The notes: generated by a model from the sequence alone, not told the origin. Shown: positions 1 through 15,800, counted from the first letter of the stretch. The stretch is DNA of 64,000 nucleotides from Pavona decussata (GCA_977016875.1 CDRNST010000196.1:1178001-1242000), one strand, 5' to 3'. Numbers and translations: made by a program.

Positions 1-189
1 ACGCCAAATGTGAGATTCGCGTTTTTGTTTTCTTGAAATACTAGTGCACAGATAAGAATAGTGCAAAAATAATTCTGACCTTTGATGCTAACGCAAAACT
101 ACTCAATTTTACTGAGAAACTGATAACAGTGAGCGGCAAATATAGGGTAAACATGGCCACGTGGTAATTTCTGCCGTTTGCCGTTTGCC

Positions 190-443
190 GTATGCGTATA
201 TGCGTGTATGTATAATTATGTATATTCTACTTATTTAATTTTCTCTCATCTAGTTTCTTAAAAGAATGAATGCGTGTACTTATCTACTTACTTATATTTA
301 TATTTACTAATTTATTCTAATTTTATTCACGTTTGTAATAATATTATTATTAAGTTACACAGCCCGCCTCGAATAGCTCTGCTATATGCGGGCTGTGTAT
401 TCCTGTAAAACATATAAGTATATTAAATAAAGTTGTTGTTGTT
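190..443 (+). mobile_element. 3' end of a non-LTR retrotransposon (LINE tail)
   Basis: AT-rich UTR, stem-loop ACACAGCCCGC...GCGGGCTGTGT (357-398), AATAAA (426-431), (GTT)4 tail; a similar architecture occurs on the minus strand at about 31125-31330. Confidence 0.55.
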
Positions 444-717
444 AACTGTTGTAATTCTAATTCTTTTTTGTTATAAGGACCTTACAAGCTTTGAGACAAA
501 ACTACAAGTTTGGAGGCCCTATGGATGGCCAAAGTTTAAGGAAACTCGTGTCTGTCAAATCAACTAACGCGTTAAACCTCGTGGAAAAGAATTCCTCCAC
601 ATTAAACAACTTAGACCATGCGATGTTGATCAACGGATTTATATAAACACAGAAATGAATCGTATAGTTTGTTCAGCACTGTAGTAAGGCTGCACGCTGA
701 TCTAACAAGCTACACAC

Positions 718-844
718 CTTTGACAAGTCCGTTTTGATCGTCTCTTCAGATCCTTTTATAAACCAAACGAACTCTCTAGTGGTCGAAGGCTCATCCCACG
801 TGAACAACACACACTGATTAGGATGCAAACAATGTTCCTTGCAT
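718..844 (-). CDS. VPS13: VPS13 exon 66
   Basis: CKEHCLHPNQCVLFTWDEPSTTREFVWFIKGSEETIKTDLSK. Confidence 0.9.
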
Positions 845-3800
845 CTAAACAAAACATACGTGACAGTTAGAATAAACGTCATAGTCGAAGTTCTCCATTA
901 CTTTTTAACAACTACGTTATTGCATTTGAAATTTGAAATGCTCCCCTGTGCTTTAACTTTCAATAAATAAACCGTCTGATTACCTAACAGTGTTTGCATG
1001 ATTTACGACATTCGTTTCGATACCAATTACTTGCAAAAATGCAGTTTTCACTCGTGGAAATTAAAAGACAAACTGTACCTTTCCCTGTGACAAAGAGGGC
1101 AGAGTTTCCTTGACAACTCAGGCCCTCCAACCATGTGAAAACGCTCACATTTTCAGTAACAAAAAGGAAACCATAGTTGATCAAAAATAAGTTAATTTGC
1201 CGTTGCTGTTAACGGTTGAGAGCACGTTTTCTTTGACAAGTCTTCCTGTTGAAAGCATTACAATTTTGCCCATCAGAACTCTCAACGTATAAGTGCCAAT
1301 ATGGTAGCCAAGGCAAAGAGAATGCTAGTTTACCCTTCTTGTTTGTAGCAGATATCCAGCTTAGTGCGGTTCTCCAGTCTGACTGGCGCTGCTCCACTGT
1401 AATATGGAGTGACTGTGATGATAGCAGCGGAATCTTTAGTCAGCATCTCAGCACACACTGCTCCAAACTAACAAAACAAGCACATTTATGCCAGTTCATA
1501 ATACACTCTTAAGACACATAAGCTTGTACATGATGCTTTCTCGAACCCTGATGTAACACATACAGCAAGATAATTTCCCTTTAATTGAAAATGTTCACAA
1601 AGTGTTAATGTATGATTACAAAAATACTGTAAGAATAATTGAACAGTGACCGCATTTGAAGCGTTAATGAAGGGTTACCCTGGTAAGTGTTTGGTGAGGT
1701 TCTCCACTTCAGTGGAAGCAGAGAGAGTGGAGTGGTCTATATGTAGAACGAAAAGGGCACGTGGGCAACAGTCGGCCCGAAGGTCCTAAGGCCAACTGCT
1801 TATTGTAGCAAGAAGCAACTGGGAGTATTACTACTCTCCCCTTGATGAGACACTTGTCCGTCACAAGGTCATCCCCAGGATTTTGCTGTGTTTTCCAACT
1901 GTTCGCCGGTACTGAGGTATACACCTGGAAATTCGTTTTGCACCCAAGGAACATGACATTCAAAGAGCCCTGGCTCGAACCACCGACCATACTATTGAAA
2001 GGAAGATGCGTTTTCCACTAAGCCAATACAGCTCCAAAGAACAAACCAAACTCCAATTTTAAGTTCTTATCGCTTTAGGATACCAAATGTCACAAAACTG
2101 AGTCTGTTTTTATCACTTACCTTGCCGTTCATTTTGAGCACCACTGTCACATCAGGTTCAAAGTTAAAACGCGGAGACACTTCACTACTGTCACCAACTC
2201 TGATGGCCAGATTTTTGGAGGGACATGAAACTGGCCAGAACGGTATACACTGTTGATGGCAACGAAGAATTTAATAAAGTATAATACTCAAACAGTTCTG
2301 TACAGGCCAGAAAGACTGAACTTTCATAGAAATAATGAAATGTCGTGGAAATCTGAAGACGTCACGGTAAATTTAAAACTTAGTTAGAATGTGCACTTTA
2401 CCTGTCCAGGTTGTACTAATACCCAGGACGACGCTGTCTCGTCCGGTGAGTCTGTCAGTAACACTGGATACTGTAAAAAAGACCAAACAGAATGGTCAGT
2501 TCTCTGCAGCTAATGGTTAACAATGGACAACAGAAATACCTTCTGACGAAATATGCACCTTCTGGCACAAGCACAAGTAACAGAGAACCACTAGGTAATT
2601 TGATACCCTATTATCCACATAAGTTTCTAACCACATGTTGACTCTACATAAGACCACAATTTGCAAACCAACGTCAGATAAAGGACACTGCAAATGTGGA
2701 GCATGTTAATGTTATAAGTAAAAAACGTATTCGGCTCGTCATGTTCACGGAACTATAAGGAAAAAAATGTACGTTACCGAGTGAAGGAGTAAACTTGATC
2801 AAATCGCTAGACATAATTCTTACAACATTGTACCATACCTACCGAATTAAAACAAATCTTACCTCTGTGGCATTGTTTATCAAGTGAAATGGCGTAAACT
2901 CCACAATCTTGGTTAAGCTGAAGTAGGATAGTGTGGTCTGCATACCAAGCTAATAACGATCAGAAAATTATTGAATTATTGGTTAAGCAGAACACTTTAC
3001 TTACTTAAGTGGTGTAGCTAAAGGATCACAGCTAAGCACCTGACAAAACATCTGTGAGACCAGCATTAGTGAATGCTTTTTTTTTCTCGAAAATATAGAG
3101 CGGTTTCCAATTTAGCGTAGAAAGTAATTTGCATTTGTTTTGGTTTGCTATAGTGCGCTCTGTGATTGGTTAGTAAAACGCCTGCCTCTTTCTCAACCAA
3201 TGACAAGGAAAACCAAAAGCAACCATAACTTGTTCACACGCGTTTTCCCGCGCTTGGCGCCGGTAACTTGTATTGGCTTCGAATTCTGATTGGCTCATTG
3301 CGCTGTTTACGTTTGCTCTGATTGGACAGAGTAATTACTTTGATTTTAGTTTTCAACACTTGATTGAAAAACGCTCTATTGAAGTTGATTGAATTGGTGG
3401 CGATCAACCCCTTTAACTTTACGACAGATACAAGACCGCATTCTATGGAGTGTAATAGTCTGCCTATTTTCATTAACTAAAAACCAGTCTTTTTATATCC
3501 TCAAAATCCCAATTGGTTTACCGATTCCACAAATCCTAAAAATGAGTGGTACTTGATTGTAGTCTTCAGCTATAATTGTAGAAAGTTTATCGCCTTTTGA
3601 CCAAACACAAGAGCATCCTCACTTATTTTAATTACATGCGTTACCTCATGCAACTTTCCATCTTTCTTGACCTTAAGCAATCCTCCACTGCCTGCTGCAT
3701 CCAGAGAAAACTTGTCGGACCATTCACCAGCTGCCAGACGAACACGGGCCTAATAAAAAGGAACGTTAAGTCATGTTCTATTGGGACTAAACACTTCAAA

Positions 3801-6800
3801 TTCAACCCCATTGTAGAATTTTGGTGTCTAAGAAGAAAACTCTTCCGACCGCGTTTGGTTGAAACTATCAATTAATATTGAAATGCGTATGTGTCAACTA
3901 CAGATTAGTACCAGTCACCAACTACACGCTTATCGATCCATGAAGGCAGAAAATCGAAAAAACAAAAAAAAAAAAAAAAAAAAAAAGAAAAAGAAAAAGA
4001 AAAAAGAAAAGAAAGAAAGAAATCGCCTTCAACCACTCATCTTGAATACGCTGAATTTCCTGAACTGATGTGGTGTCTATCAAAGTGCAACACCTTTCTG
4101 TCTTGTGCTTAAAACAGCCGATTAGTAGTTGACCGAATCAATCGTCAATGTCAGCTAAGTCAACAGAGCGGGGGAAAACGTACCACTCTTAACAACTTCA
4201 CAGAAACGGGATTGACCACCCTTTAATTGAATCTAACACCCAGGCACACAGACCTATAGCTGTGGCGATGTGGCGAACAATACGTTATCTCAAAGTATTG
4301 TATATGAAAGCTGACTCACTGTGTTTTTCGCGAAGAGGCTTCCTTTCCCACGGTAGGAGAACATCACAGGCTCAGTCAACGACGTTGGATGAGGAATGAC
4401 AGTGTCATCATCAGAGGCCTGTAATGACAAATAACACGATGTTATAGCTTTCTCATCATGGAACATTCTCCAACCACGTTTCTAAAATATCCAACTAATT
4501 CAATCTAAGGTTTGTTTGGGCATGGTGTCCAAGCAGAAGCAGAACTCAAAATCCGTCCTGCAAAAATTATTAACTGGTTGCTATTGCCACAGAAAGTATA
4601 CAAAATACGAATCCACACTTCCAGATTCTTAAAAAACCAAGATGACGGATGTCCGGACAAATTGGAGTATGTCCTATGAAAATAAAGATTTGAAAGTACA
4701 CATGTCCTGCTAAGTAGCAGAAATTATTTCCATGCCCTGTGTAATCTGAATTACCATTTCATAAACCTTTTTATTCAAGTAATCTGAATCAAATTCATCA
4801 CAGGTCAGGATAGTTGTCACTGGCCATACCACGAGAGATCTTGGGAGCGAGAAGGTTGTATTGCATGATGAAAAGCATAGCAATCTACAGCAAGCAATAG
4901 TTGGGTGAGATGATTATAATATAATAAACGGCACTTGTATTCATTTCCAGTGCCAACTATCAAGCGTGAAGCAATTCACGCCAACAGCATTAGTGCAAAC
5001 AGAGTTCTATAAACACGTACCATGTACTCAAGATAAATGTCAGTCTTGTTCACCATCCAGTAAGGACTGTACAAAGTGACGTTCACTGTGCCTTCAAAGG
5101 TGACAAAAAGTCCCAGCTCCTGTAGCAGAAATAAATCACTGTTACATGAAGTTAAAGATGGTATACTAATGGGTAAATGAAACAAAACATGGATCAGCAA
5201 TGTCACATTCCTTCTACCTGACTTTGTGTCACACCATTTCCATTTCAAAGTTTTTTTGTGGTTTTTGACAACTTTCTGACTACTTCCCTCCCAAGTAGCC
5301 ATTCAGTCAAATAGCCTTCGCCAGTTCTTGAATCCCATTGGCCAGTTGAATTGGACGCCATTAGAACGGTGTCAAAAAATGTCAAAAAGTTGTCAAAAGC
5401 TAATCAAACACTTTCTCAAGTGGGCCAAGGTATGACACACAGCACGATAGAGACTGAAATACAGAAACCAAATAGACATATCAGGGAGGTGTGCAATTTA
5501 TAGAGGTTTTATGCTGTAGAGGAAGATGCAGAGTTTCCACATTACCAGGAATTTTCCATATGCTGCCTCCTGAGTGGACTGTAAAGTGAATGTCGTGAGT
5601 TCATCCATCCCTTTCCAAAGTTCAATTTGTCCTTTCCACATGCTCCGTTGATAGTTGTCAAGCTGAAAAAGCAAAAAGGTAAACCTCCACTTCACTTTAC
5701 AAAAAGATTATTTTCTAGATGTTTACTGAAGGCCAGTCAAAGTAAATGTTGAGTAATACAATGAAATGCACTTAAAAACAACTTCACATGTGACCTACAA
5801 AACGTTGGCAAAACAGTCCTAAGAAAGCACATGTTTTTGATAATACCTTACGTGAAAAATATCGAGAGTACATAAACATTACCACCTTAATTGAAAATAC
5901 ACCTGTTTATTTTCAAATTAATTAAAGGCCAATCCTTTTGGATACTACCTTTTCCTCTATACTACTCATATGTCCGCAATTTTAATGACGAGTTTATACC
6001 ATACTTGTTGCCTTCGATATACCTTCACGTTCTCACACTTTTGGGAATGTCAAATTTATCTTGCTTTACGCAGCTTACGTAAGAGATACAGAAAACAAAG
6101 AAGCCTGAAAGTCCTTATCAGTGTGCACGCATTTCCGTCCCAAAATAGTGGGCCTTTTGTTACACCCCCACTATACTTCTAACGTGTTCAGTGCTAAATG
6201 TTTAGTTGAAACCTCTCTATATAAAAAAAACACCAAAAGGTAGATTTATACTCTATGCTCCTTCACAATATCCAAACTTAAACCCATCCCATATCAGATG
6301 CAAACAACTTAAAATAGCCGACATTCATGTATTCCTTTCCTGGAGAAATGGATGGTTCTATCCCCACCATACTACTGATGTGCTCATTCTTCAATAAAAA
6401 AAAGACATTAAACTTTTACTACTGGTTAAACAGTTCATAAATGAGCACTGTAACACAAAGGCAACTGTGGTCAGTTTTGATTACCTGGACATGAAGAATT
6501 ACTTTGCCATCGAGTCTGACAGAAAACAAAGGCCATCTGTCACCACCCTTGAGTTCAACCAGAGGCAGGCCCTATAAGCGACGTAATAAAACACTGAAAC
6601 AAACTAACCATGTAGTACAAAAGGGAGAGGAGAAAAGTAAAACAGAAGAGATACTACAGTGCATGGTCTGAAGCCAGGAGTCTCATCAGTCCATCTAGTA
6701 CGACTGTTTACGTGGTATTCTTAATACCACTGATCAAATTATTGGCAATATGATCAGAATGTATCTTCGAACTGTTCGAAGTCAAGTGAAAAGTGTTACG

Positions 6801-9800
6801 TCAGCAGATGATATTTACTGTATGTCTTTGGTTATTGACTTCATTGACCAATTAGGGCCTGGTATCTGTTTCTCAAAAGTCCAGGTAACTTACCAGGCCC
6901 GATAAGTGACAAATGTTTCTTAACAGAAGTCAATTTTTGTTAGCTTTGAATACTAAATTTCAAAATCTTTTAATTTTATGAAAACATTGGCTTAAGTACC
7001 ATGTTTGTAATCACTGTGTAAGCGGCGAAAAAAGCATTTAAAAATATACTTCTAGGGCCCGATAAGTTACCGGGACTTTCGAGAAACGGCCCCCTGGTGT
7101 GTGTTTCTCAAAGCTCCCGAAGAGCTTTGGGGCCCGAAAAGTAATATTCTTATCCCTTTTCTACTGATTGCTGGTTGTTAAGCGTCAAAACTGTAACAGA
7201 ATGTGTTTCTTAATCTTGGCAAACTTAAAATGTTTATACTTTCAAAATTAGTGCACGTGAAAAAGTTGTTCGGCAGTTTGAGAAACGCATGTCGAATGTC
7301 ATCGGCTGTCAGGATTCAAAACAGTGAGATACAAAACAAATTCAACTTGCCCACTCACAGTAGCTCCCAACTCCATTTGGCCAGGATTTTAGAGCTCGGT
7401 GTCTTTTTTCCAAAAGAACTCCGAAAAGAAAAGTTAACTGTACTCACCTGTGTTGCATAGCGAATGTTGTATGGTAGATAATTGTGTAAAATAGCTGGTG
7501 GGTAGACATGGAGGATGTAATTGGGAGCTTGTTCCAAGGACCCGTTTACTGAAGCATAGGAAACTTCCTCACATGTAATCTGTAAAGAGTTGTCAGGGAA
7601 AACGAACATTCAACATTTGCAGAATTTCCATCTGCATTTCCACTGCTGTGCTCCAACTGGGACACAACATTTTCATAACTGAAACAAATATTTTTTTATA
7701 CACCAAGAAAACGAATTACGCGTGGTATAAGGACGTAAATTTCTTCCCATCTGATAATCATAATAAACATTATTAAAAACAAAGACAGGGTTAGATAAAT
7801 AAAAAGACCATGCACGTTTTGTATACACTACAAATAACACAAGAACTGACAAAGAATATGCATTTGTGGCACCAAATACTGAGCAATATGGCCAGAAGTA
7901 CACGCTAACGTGATGCGTAATCATTTGACAAACATCTCAAATTCTCCCCAAGCCTTAATTCATCCCCTGAACAAAAATACATCTTTCAAAAAAGAAGTCA
8001 TAAGTAAGTGAAGATCAACTCTGTATAACATGAAGCACTGAAATTAAAAATAAAATAAAAAAACGTGCATATCGGGACGTAAGTGAGTCAACAGCAGCTT
8101 GTACATGTACGCATAACGTACCTCCATTTGGAAGGGTGGTCCATCTCCAGCTGGTGGAGGACACTGAATCGATAAATGGCCTTCAGATGCTAGCCTGTTC
8201 CACAGTAGGGGAGTGGAACTCTCACCATACCTGACCACATAATAATATTACATTAATCAGTACAGTAATCAGTTGGGACGAAAGGTACCTTGCAGTCTAA
8301 GCCTGTTCCTTTGAAATGAAGCATGAGTTTTCACCTATCAGAAATGCTTTATCTGTCAGCATGTTTTCATGTCAATATCACTTGCAGACGAACTGACAAA
8401 CAAAATCCTAAATGACTGACCGCCTGATTGACAGTCTGCCTTGCTACAGGCAAATTTTACTTCTCCCTGTCATAAACTCCCCTTGAGAGTGTATCCCCTC
8501 TAGACATGTCCAACTGACTCTGCAGGTGGCATTGTAGCCGCTGTAATATATAATCGTACACATAGAAAAATAGCAAACTTGGTGTCCTGAGAGCTATTCT
8601 TCTACCTTGGTTGGATGGTCGATTACCATGAAAATGTGAAATGGTCATACTAGGGTGTTGTATTATAATCAGTACAAACCCAAATCCTGCTGGCCTGAGA
8701 TAGAGTGCAGCTTTGTGAGCCAGAATAAGAGGGACGCTGTAGACACTGTCAGGTTGAACTGTTGTGATACGTGAAAGCTGTTCGTCTTTCTTGCATAGCA
8801 CGTCCATTGGGATTGGGAAGTGATTATTGATCTGTTGTTAAAACGGACGAAAAGACAGAAAAAAGCTTCAAACCAGATGTTCCCCACCCAAACTACAGCT
8901 TGTAAAATTGGTATAAAAGATACCTTCAAACTAGAATTTTTGTTCTGAATACAGCTTATGATAGGCATGGAATAAAATGATGTCCTCTTAAGTGACTTCT
9001 TCGTTAAACCAGGAATCGAAAGTAGGGAGGGGATTTTTAAACATTGCATTGTTCCAAGTTATTATTCTTCGGCTACTCTGTTGGTTGGTTTGGATTAAAA
9101 GCAATCATTTTCCCCAGTCAAAATTCCAAACTTCGAAAAGAAAAATAAATCTCTACTTTACTACAGCACTGGTGGCAGAACTGACCTGTAACGGCGACCT
9201 AATTGTGACTGTCCTCTGGCCTTCCCCACTCTCCACTTGGATAACAGCTGATACAATTAACCCTGCAAGAAGCTAAGGAAAAAAGATAGTATTTGAAACA
9301 TCAGTGTTCTTTCAAAAGCTGTGACAGAGGTTTTACACTGTTAAATGAAAAAATAAAAGCAAAAGAAAATAATAAACAACAGAGAAATTCAAACCCCTAA
9401 GTAACAACAAAAACAAAGAACACTCCCTTATAAAACAAATTAAAATAATTTCAAAACAAGTCCTGTTACACAGTACATAAAAAACGAAAACAAAAGAAAA
9501 TGATACAGGTGACACGATGAAAGGACATAAAAAATACATGGCAATGAAAAAAGGAAGTAATTGATGTAGAAAAAAGTTTCAGTATTACGCTATATGTACT
9601 AATGCACAATACCATAAATGCTCCTGAAATATAAACCAACAAGTCAGAATAGAAACATAGGCTACAAACGAGGAAAGAGAGAAAAGGGTTCATGATTGCT
9701 CTATTTAAAGTACTCATGCTGCGTGATAGCCTACTTTAACCATTGTCAAGCAATGGTGTCGCATGTTGCACTGTAACGTTCTATTTCCAGTTTTATTTCA

Positions 9801-12800
9801 CTGCAAAGTTTTTTTTATTTATTTTAATGTCTTTTTTCACCTTTATGTCAGGAATGTTATTTTATTTTTATTTAGCAGATTTGCCCGGACAAAGACGCCC
9901 CATTAGTTTATCTAGTACTTGCCCATCACCTCATCTGGGTGAAGATCCGTTACCAATACCATTTCATTTATGGTGCTCATTTCTGGCATTAATATGATGG
10001 TTTCTACCAACTGAAATATAAGAATACTAACTAAGCATGCATGATTATGTTCACTTAAAATGATTAAATGTCAGATTGGAGCACTGCTAGATCATAAAGC
10101 TGTAGGGCAACTTTCTATTTGCAGTTTGCTTTATCTATGATCACTTATCTTCTATCAGGTTATATTTATGTAACATGCCTCGCTGAATGTTTGGTCAAAC
10201 CATGATAAAGGGAAATGAGCATTGTTCCCTCACACAGACACTTAAATACAAGTGTAGTAGAAATCGATTTTCAAGATCGTCCACTTTACATCCCATGTTT
10301 GATTGAGACACAAACAAGATTGAATCAGTGATCGTAAATACATTATACTAAAACCCGCAAGTACATATACATATTTGTTTGCTTTTTAAATGTTCCAACA
10401 GTGTGTTCGGTTTGATAGAAAAACAACAGGGATCAAAAGTGATAATTTATTTACTACGATTCATGATTTACTTTACAAATAAATTACACAAGAAATTAAA
10501 AGTAAAAATATTTGTCATCGCTGGTGTTAGATTAATGGCACGTTTACAGTACATGTATAGTTGGTTTGCATTGCCGCTATGTTGGTAAACAAAACAAAAG
10601 AAAATTTGCTCACTTATTTTGCATAAAAATTGCAGTTAACTCCCAGAGGAGAAAAATCTTATTGTTCCTGAACACCAACATGGCCGCCATGACGTCACGT
10701 GCAAACCATCAATATTGTTTATCTAAGGGTATGTACGTTAAAACAGAGCTTGTAACAAAATATTTAATCATAACTTATCTAAAGTTAAAGTAGTTTTGAT
10801 AAAGGTTATGGTTTGTTTTCTTTACTACTCTCTTTTATTCTTAATTATTCACTTCAAAGGGCTTATCAAATGTTATGGTTTTATCGTTATGAATTGTTCA
10901 AGAACAAGTTAGAACTTCTTGTCCAAAACTGGAAATGCTGTTGTTAACATGTGCAACCTTTCTAAGGCATATTTATTTGTGACAGCAAAGGACTGTTTAA
11001 AATCAGTGAAACATTTTTTGTTACTAATTACGGTTGATCCTGTGGGCTTCTTTAGATCTAACGTAAACTTAAGCAGTATTCATTTAATTTCTTACTTTTT
11101 TTGGAATGATGTTGTGCAGGATGACTCGTGATTGTTTTATTGAGATTGCCTTCAGCTCATGATAACCTTGCACCTTTGAGACAAGCAAAAAATAAATTAG
11201 ACTACAAAACCCCATTCTTTTGCATCAATACAATGAAATCGTAGTCACTTGGCATCCACCACTCCATTACCTAAATGCACTGAGGCATTTTTCACAATAC
11301 AAATAAATTAAAAAATTTATCATGGTTCCATATGACAAAATCAAACAAACATAAACTGTTGTGTACAATGTAAACCCTAATCTGTTGCCAACCATTTCCA
11401 AAAACATGTTTGGCACTCTTGTTTTCGTAAACTGTTCAAGAAATGTTTCATACTCAAGAGTTGAAACTATGAACGTCTTTGATTTAATGGAATTTTGTTC
11501 AACATTCTTCTTCAGCCGACATTATTTTGAGCGATGATTTGACTTAAATAAAAAAATCAGTAAAGTGGTAAAGGTATGATTGATAGAAAGTAAACAACAA
11601 CTGTGAGTTCGCTATTCCAAAAAGTAGCTAAACAAAGTTAGCAATGGAAATGGAACGTTTGCCAATTGTTACTGTGAAATGTTTTGTTCCAGAAAATATC
11701 CAAACTCGTCCCTGCTGACAGGCTAAGCTGGGATATTTAAGGAGAAATCAGGAAAAATCATCTTGGATTTGATTTTAATCCATTTAAGACAAGGCGTCTT
11801 GACAAAACGTTTCCTCTATTCATACTCGCAAGCTTAGGAGACAATAGTGTAGCTACTGTCCATATTACTGTTATTAGATCAGTTACCACCTGTTGCTTAC
11901 CATAATTTTTGTTCTACTCAATTTCGGTTGTCAATGTATTAAACTGGCATTGTCATGTTCTACCATTCTACTAATGTGTGTGCTTTATGTGAACTGAGCT
12001 ATTGGCTAAGGATGTTTGACATTCCTACCAAATCTGCAGTTTATCGATGGGATGTTATAACAGTTTAGACTCACCTCAATACCAATGCTGGGACCCGCAC
12101 CAGAGATACTAGCTCGCTCAAGTTTGCTGGCTCTTTTATCAAATCCTTTTGCAAAGCGAAGAGAAAGACTCTGACCAGGGGCGATTGCAACCATCCCATC
12201 ACTACCCACAGCAGAACGACTCTAGTAAACAAAAGGGATGCAGGTACACAAATGAACATGATTGCTTGAACTTCAAGGCCAGGGCCAGGTTGCATAAAAG
12301 ATCAAAAGACAAGTGTGAGTATTATAAACCGTCTTTTACATTCCGAGGGATTCTTTGCTGCGCTTTCATGAATGAATTAGTCCAAGAAAGAAAGCATGAA
12401 AATCCTTTGGAATCCAGGTAGTAGCTTCCAAAAAACTACACCTTAACTTGAGGCCTTATGCAACAGGACCAAGATTCTTATTCAATAGCAAAGTCTACAT
12501 GATAACCTAAATCATCAAATGCAGCCCTCTGTAATTACTGCTTTAAAAATAAAGACCGTCTAATGTACTATATGCCTTTCTATTGCTCAACGTTTTGTGA
12601 AACTGGGTTTACAATATACCAGTGATAAGAATTTGAAAGCTATGATGACTTTTACTTGACACTTAGATGCCCTTATAACTACAAGCTTTCCTCCACATTC
12701 AGACATTTGTGTCAATTAACTTCCATATTGGTATTTTGTAACAAAAAGAGTTCAGACTTTACTGAGCTTTTGAGAAATATTGTCTGATTGAACCACCCAA

Positions 12801-15800
12801 CCGTCTACTAACCTGTTTGAGTTACAAAGTGTACTGATATGAAACAATCCCCAGGCGGTTGCTTAAAGTAATTATTATCGGATCATGATTGAGGACCATG
12901 ATTGGCTAGAGTGAATACTTTCAAATGATATTTGGGTCAAAATTCAATCATAATTAACTTTTTATGCCCAATATGAACACCGCTTTAGAAAAACGAAAGT
13001 ACTAAAGGATTAAAGTTTACCTCCAACTTGTTTCCTGGTCGTATTTTCACTTCCATTCCAAGCTATTGAGAAACAAACGACGGTTCATTGTTAGATCACT
13101 AACTCAAATTAACGAGAAGAGCTTGATGCACTGTCATAAAATTGCTCCCAAACCTCATTCCATATCTGATATGGAGGGATGTCTTCCAGAGCCACCTCTG
13201 CTGAGCCTTGCAGAGCCACAGCCTCTTTGAAGGCCTAAATGAAAGGTAAGAAAATATAACTGTAAACCTAGAATAAAAGGAATCATGGTACATTGAGCTT
13301 ATATATTAGTTATGTACTCATGTAAGATTAAAATAAAAAGAAAGCAAACCGTATGTGGTTCCTAAATGGGTAGCCACCTGAACTTATTTTTCTTTGGAAC
13401 TTCACTTGATGATTTAGTGATTAATTGCCTTCAAATGGCTTACTCTCTACTTTTTTAAGTTTGTTCAACGTGCGAAATTCAAGTGTGTTGGCAGTTAGTC
13501 GTTTTGCCTTGATTTAAACTTCCACTTTCATGATTCCGTGAAGTACAAGGTTCTACTACACTGGTAAGTAGACAAAATACAATAGAGAAGACTGTTTTTC
13601 CTTGGCATCAATGCAAAAAAAAAAATGGCTTTCACTCAGTTTAAAAGATTTTGCTTCCGAGTTGAGAAACGTTCGTTTAATAAACTTCTGAAACTATCAA
13701 CAACATTTCACATAGTGGTCCCTGAATCAGCTGAGAGGGTCTTCCGGCTTGTCAAGATTCCTAACAATTAGCTGCTCATAAACTGTGACGTGAAACCACT
13801 TTCTGTTGTTGTACACCCGAGGAAATGGAAACGGTTGAGACATGTGCTCTGCATGGGGATGATAGTCTTGATTATGATAATGAATACTGCACAACGGAAA
13901 AAATTAAACTGATTTCATTTTGAACCACAACAGGGTCAAGGATTCTATAAAGAGTTCTACTGAGATGGGCATCAAGTGCAGGCGTTGCAGAAGCAGGATC
14001 AAGGTGACATGGTAGAGAACAATGAAAAGGGGATTAAAGAAATGTACCTTTAAACTGGAAACAGCTGGGCACTAGTGGAACCCTTATGTGCCACTTAGTA
14101 ATCCGGGTCCTGAGTGACTATGTAAACGTTTTCTTGTTTGTTTTTTTATCTTCCAGTCATGAACTAAGGTGTTATTTGACTTACCGCTCCAAGCTTCGTG
14201 AAGACATCCAGACATGTCTTTGTCACAGTCAACTCCAGCTTATCTTTGGATTCAACATTCAGTGACAAGGCCGCTTCAGAACTGTCATCCAAATTGCTAT
14301 CACCATTTGCCATAGAAAACTGGTAACAGGGAAAACAAGAAAAGCAAAGAAACTGTGTAAGAAATTGGAACTACTGAAAAGGAGTGCAAACACTCAATCC
14401 CAGCTATCTATAAACCATAACAAGAACTACCCCACTTCTTTTATATAAAAGCCATATTTGTTTTCTTTTGTTTCCTACAAAAGACGGTAAAAGTAGGGTA
14501 GTGTTCTAGGTAATGTTTTGCAACGTTTCTCTTAAGGGGAGGAGGGGGGGGGGGGCAACTATTCAAAGTGGTTGACATAATGTAAATATGGTATCTGCTC
14601 CCCATGTTACATGAACAAAATGACCAAGATTCAACTTGGAAGCACTGGATCTGGCTTTCAAAAGCAGAATTTAGCTACAGCTGGACTTGTGTCAACTTGC
14701 AACACAGTTTCAAGGCTTCTCAACGCAATATTCTGTCAACTCCTTTTGTTCTATACTCTTTCCCCCTTTGCCTCACTCCACAAGTTTCCTGCAATTCCAC
14801 TTTCTAACAAAAGTAGCAGAAACCTTGGATAATATTTAATCCCGGACACACTACTCGATCTGAAAAGAATTCTGGCCCTGGTTGTCCAAAGAGTAGATAA
14901 CTCCATCCAGTGGATAACATGTAACCCCATCCAGCACACGTTAAATTGAATACAACGTTTACACTTGTAGTTTACAAGCTGGGCTGCTTTTCAAAAACTA
15001 GTTAAATAACCATCGTTAAAACGTCTAACAATGTTTCTTGGACTCGTTTTCTACATGAGCATGTAATAACAAGAACCCAGATTGTGGTCATTATAAGATT
15101 AAACACTTTATTAAAGTGGACCCTGGTGTTGATTTCTTGTGAACCCTGCTGACTCAAAGAACGCATTTTGTTACCTCAAGATTGAGTTCCCAATGTCGGT
15201 AAACCTGCCTATCATCTACCACTGGCTCAATAAGAGGCTCCCACTCAGACACATTCTCATTGAAATAGTTACCAATAAGGCCAACTCCTGCACGAACGGT
15301 TAACTGATGACAAAAGGAGAAGTACATACTCAGACGTTTGCAGGAAGTTTGTCATATGAACTTGGTTTAATGGCCTTAGCTCCAACGCGTCTCCTGTAGC
15401 TCAGTGGTAGGCCATCCGAACTAGTAAACGGAAGGTCTTAGGTTGACTCCTGTTGGAAGAACTCGGATTTTCGTTTTCCGAGTTTGCTTGTCACTGACTG
15501 AAAAATTCATCTAGCATTTATTCACCAGGCTAAAAATATAACATCACATTTCTTTCACAAAGAAGTATTATTACATGAAGCTGTGAATGCGACAAAATTA
15601 AATTGACAAAATACAATTGTAAGTCGACCAGTTCGTCCTTTTTTTTTAACGAAGACCTTTAGAGGCTCAACTTATCAGCAGGTATTTTCATTCATCCTAA
15701 GTGACACATTGGTGCAAAAACAAGAAGCCTGGAACACGTTTTCATAAGCTTTAACAACCCACTTTTAGCTCTCTGTTGAATCGGGTTCATTTAAATTGCT

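Noticed and set aside
3859-4068. Poly-Lys ORF (also 22688-23032 and the poly-Phe tail of 22681-23037)
   Set aside because: Translation of poly-A/T tracts; the only real coding part is VPS13 exon 40 on the minus strand
15390-15460. Possible tRNA gene (also near 37440 and 52500)
   Set aside because: A/B boxes present but no intact cloverleaf or acceptor stem, and followed by SINE-like body sequence
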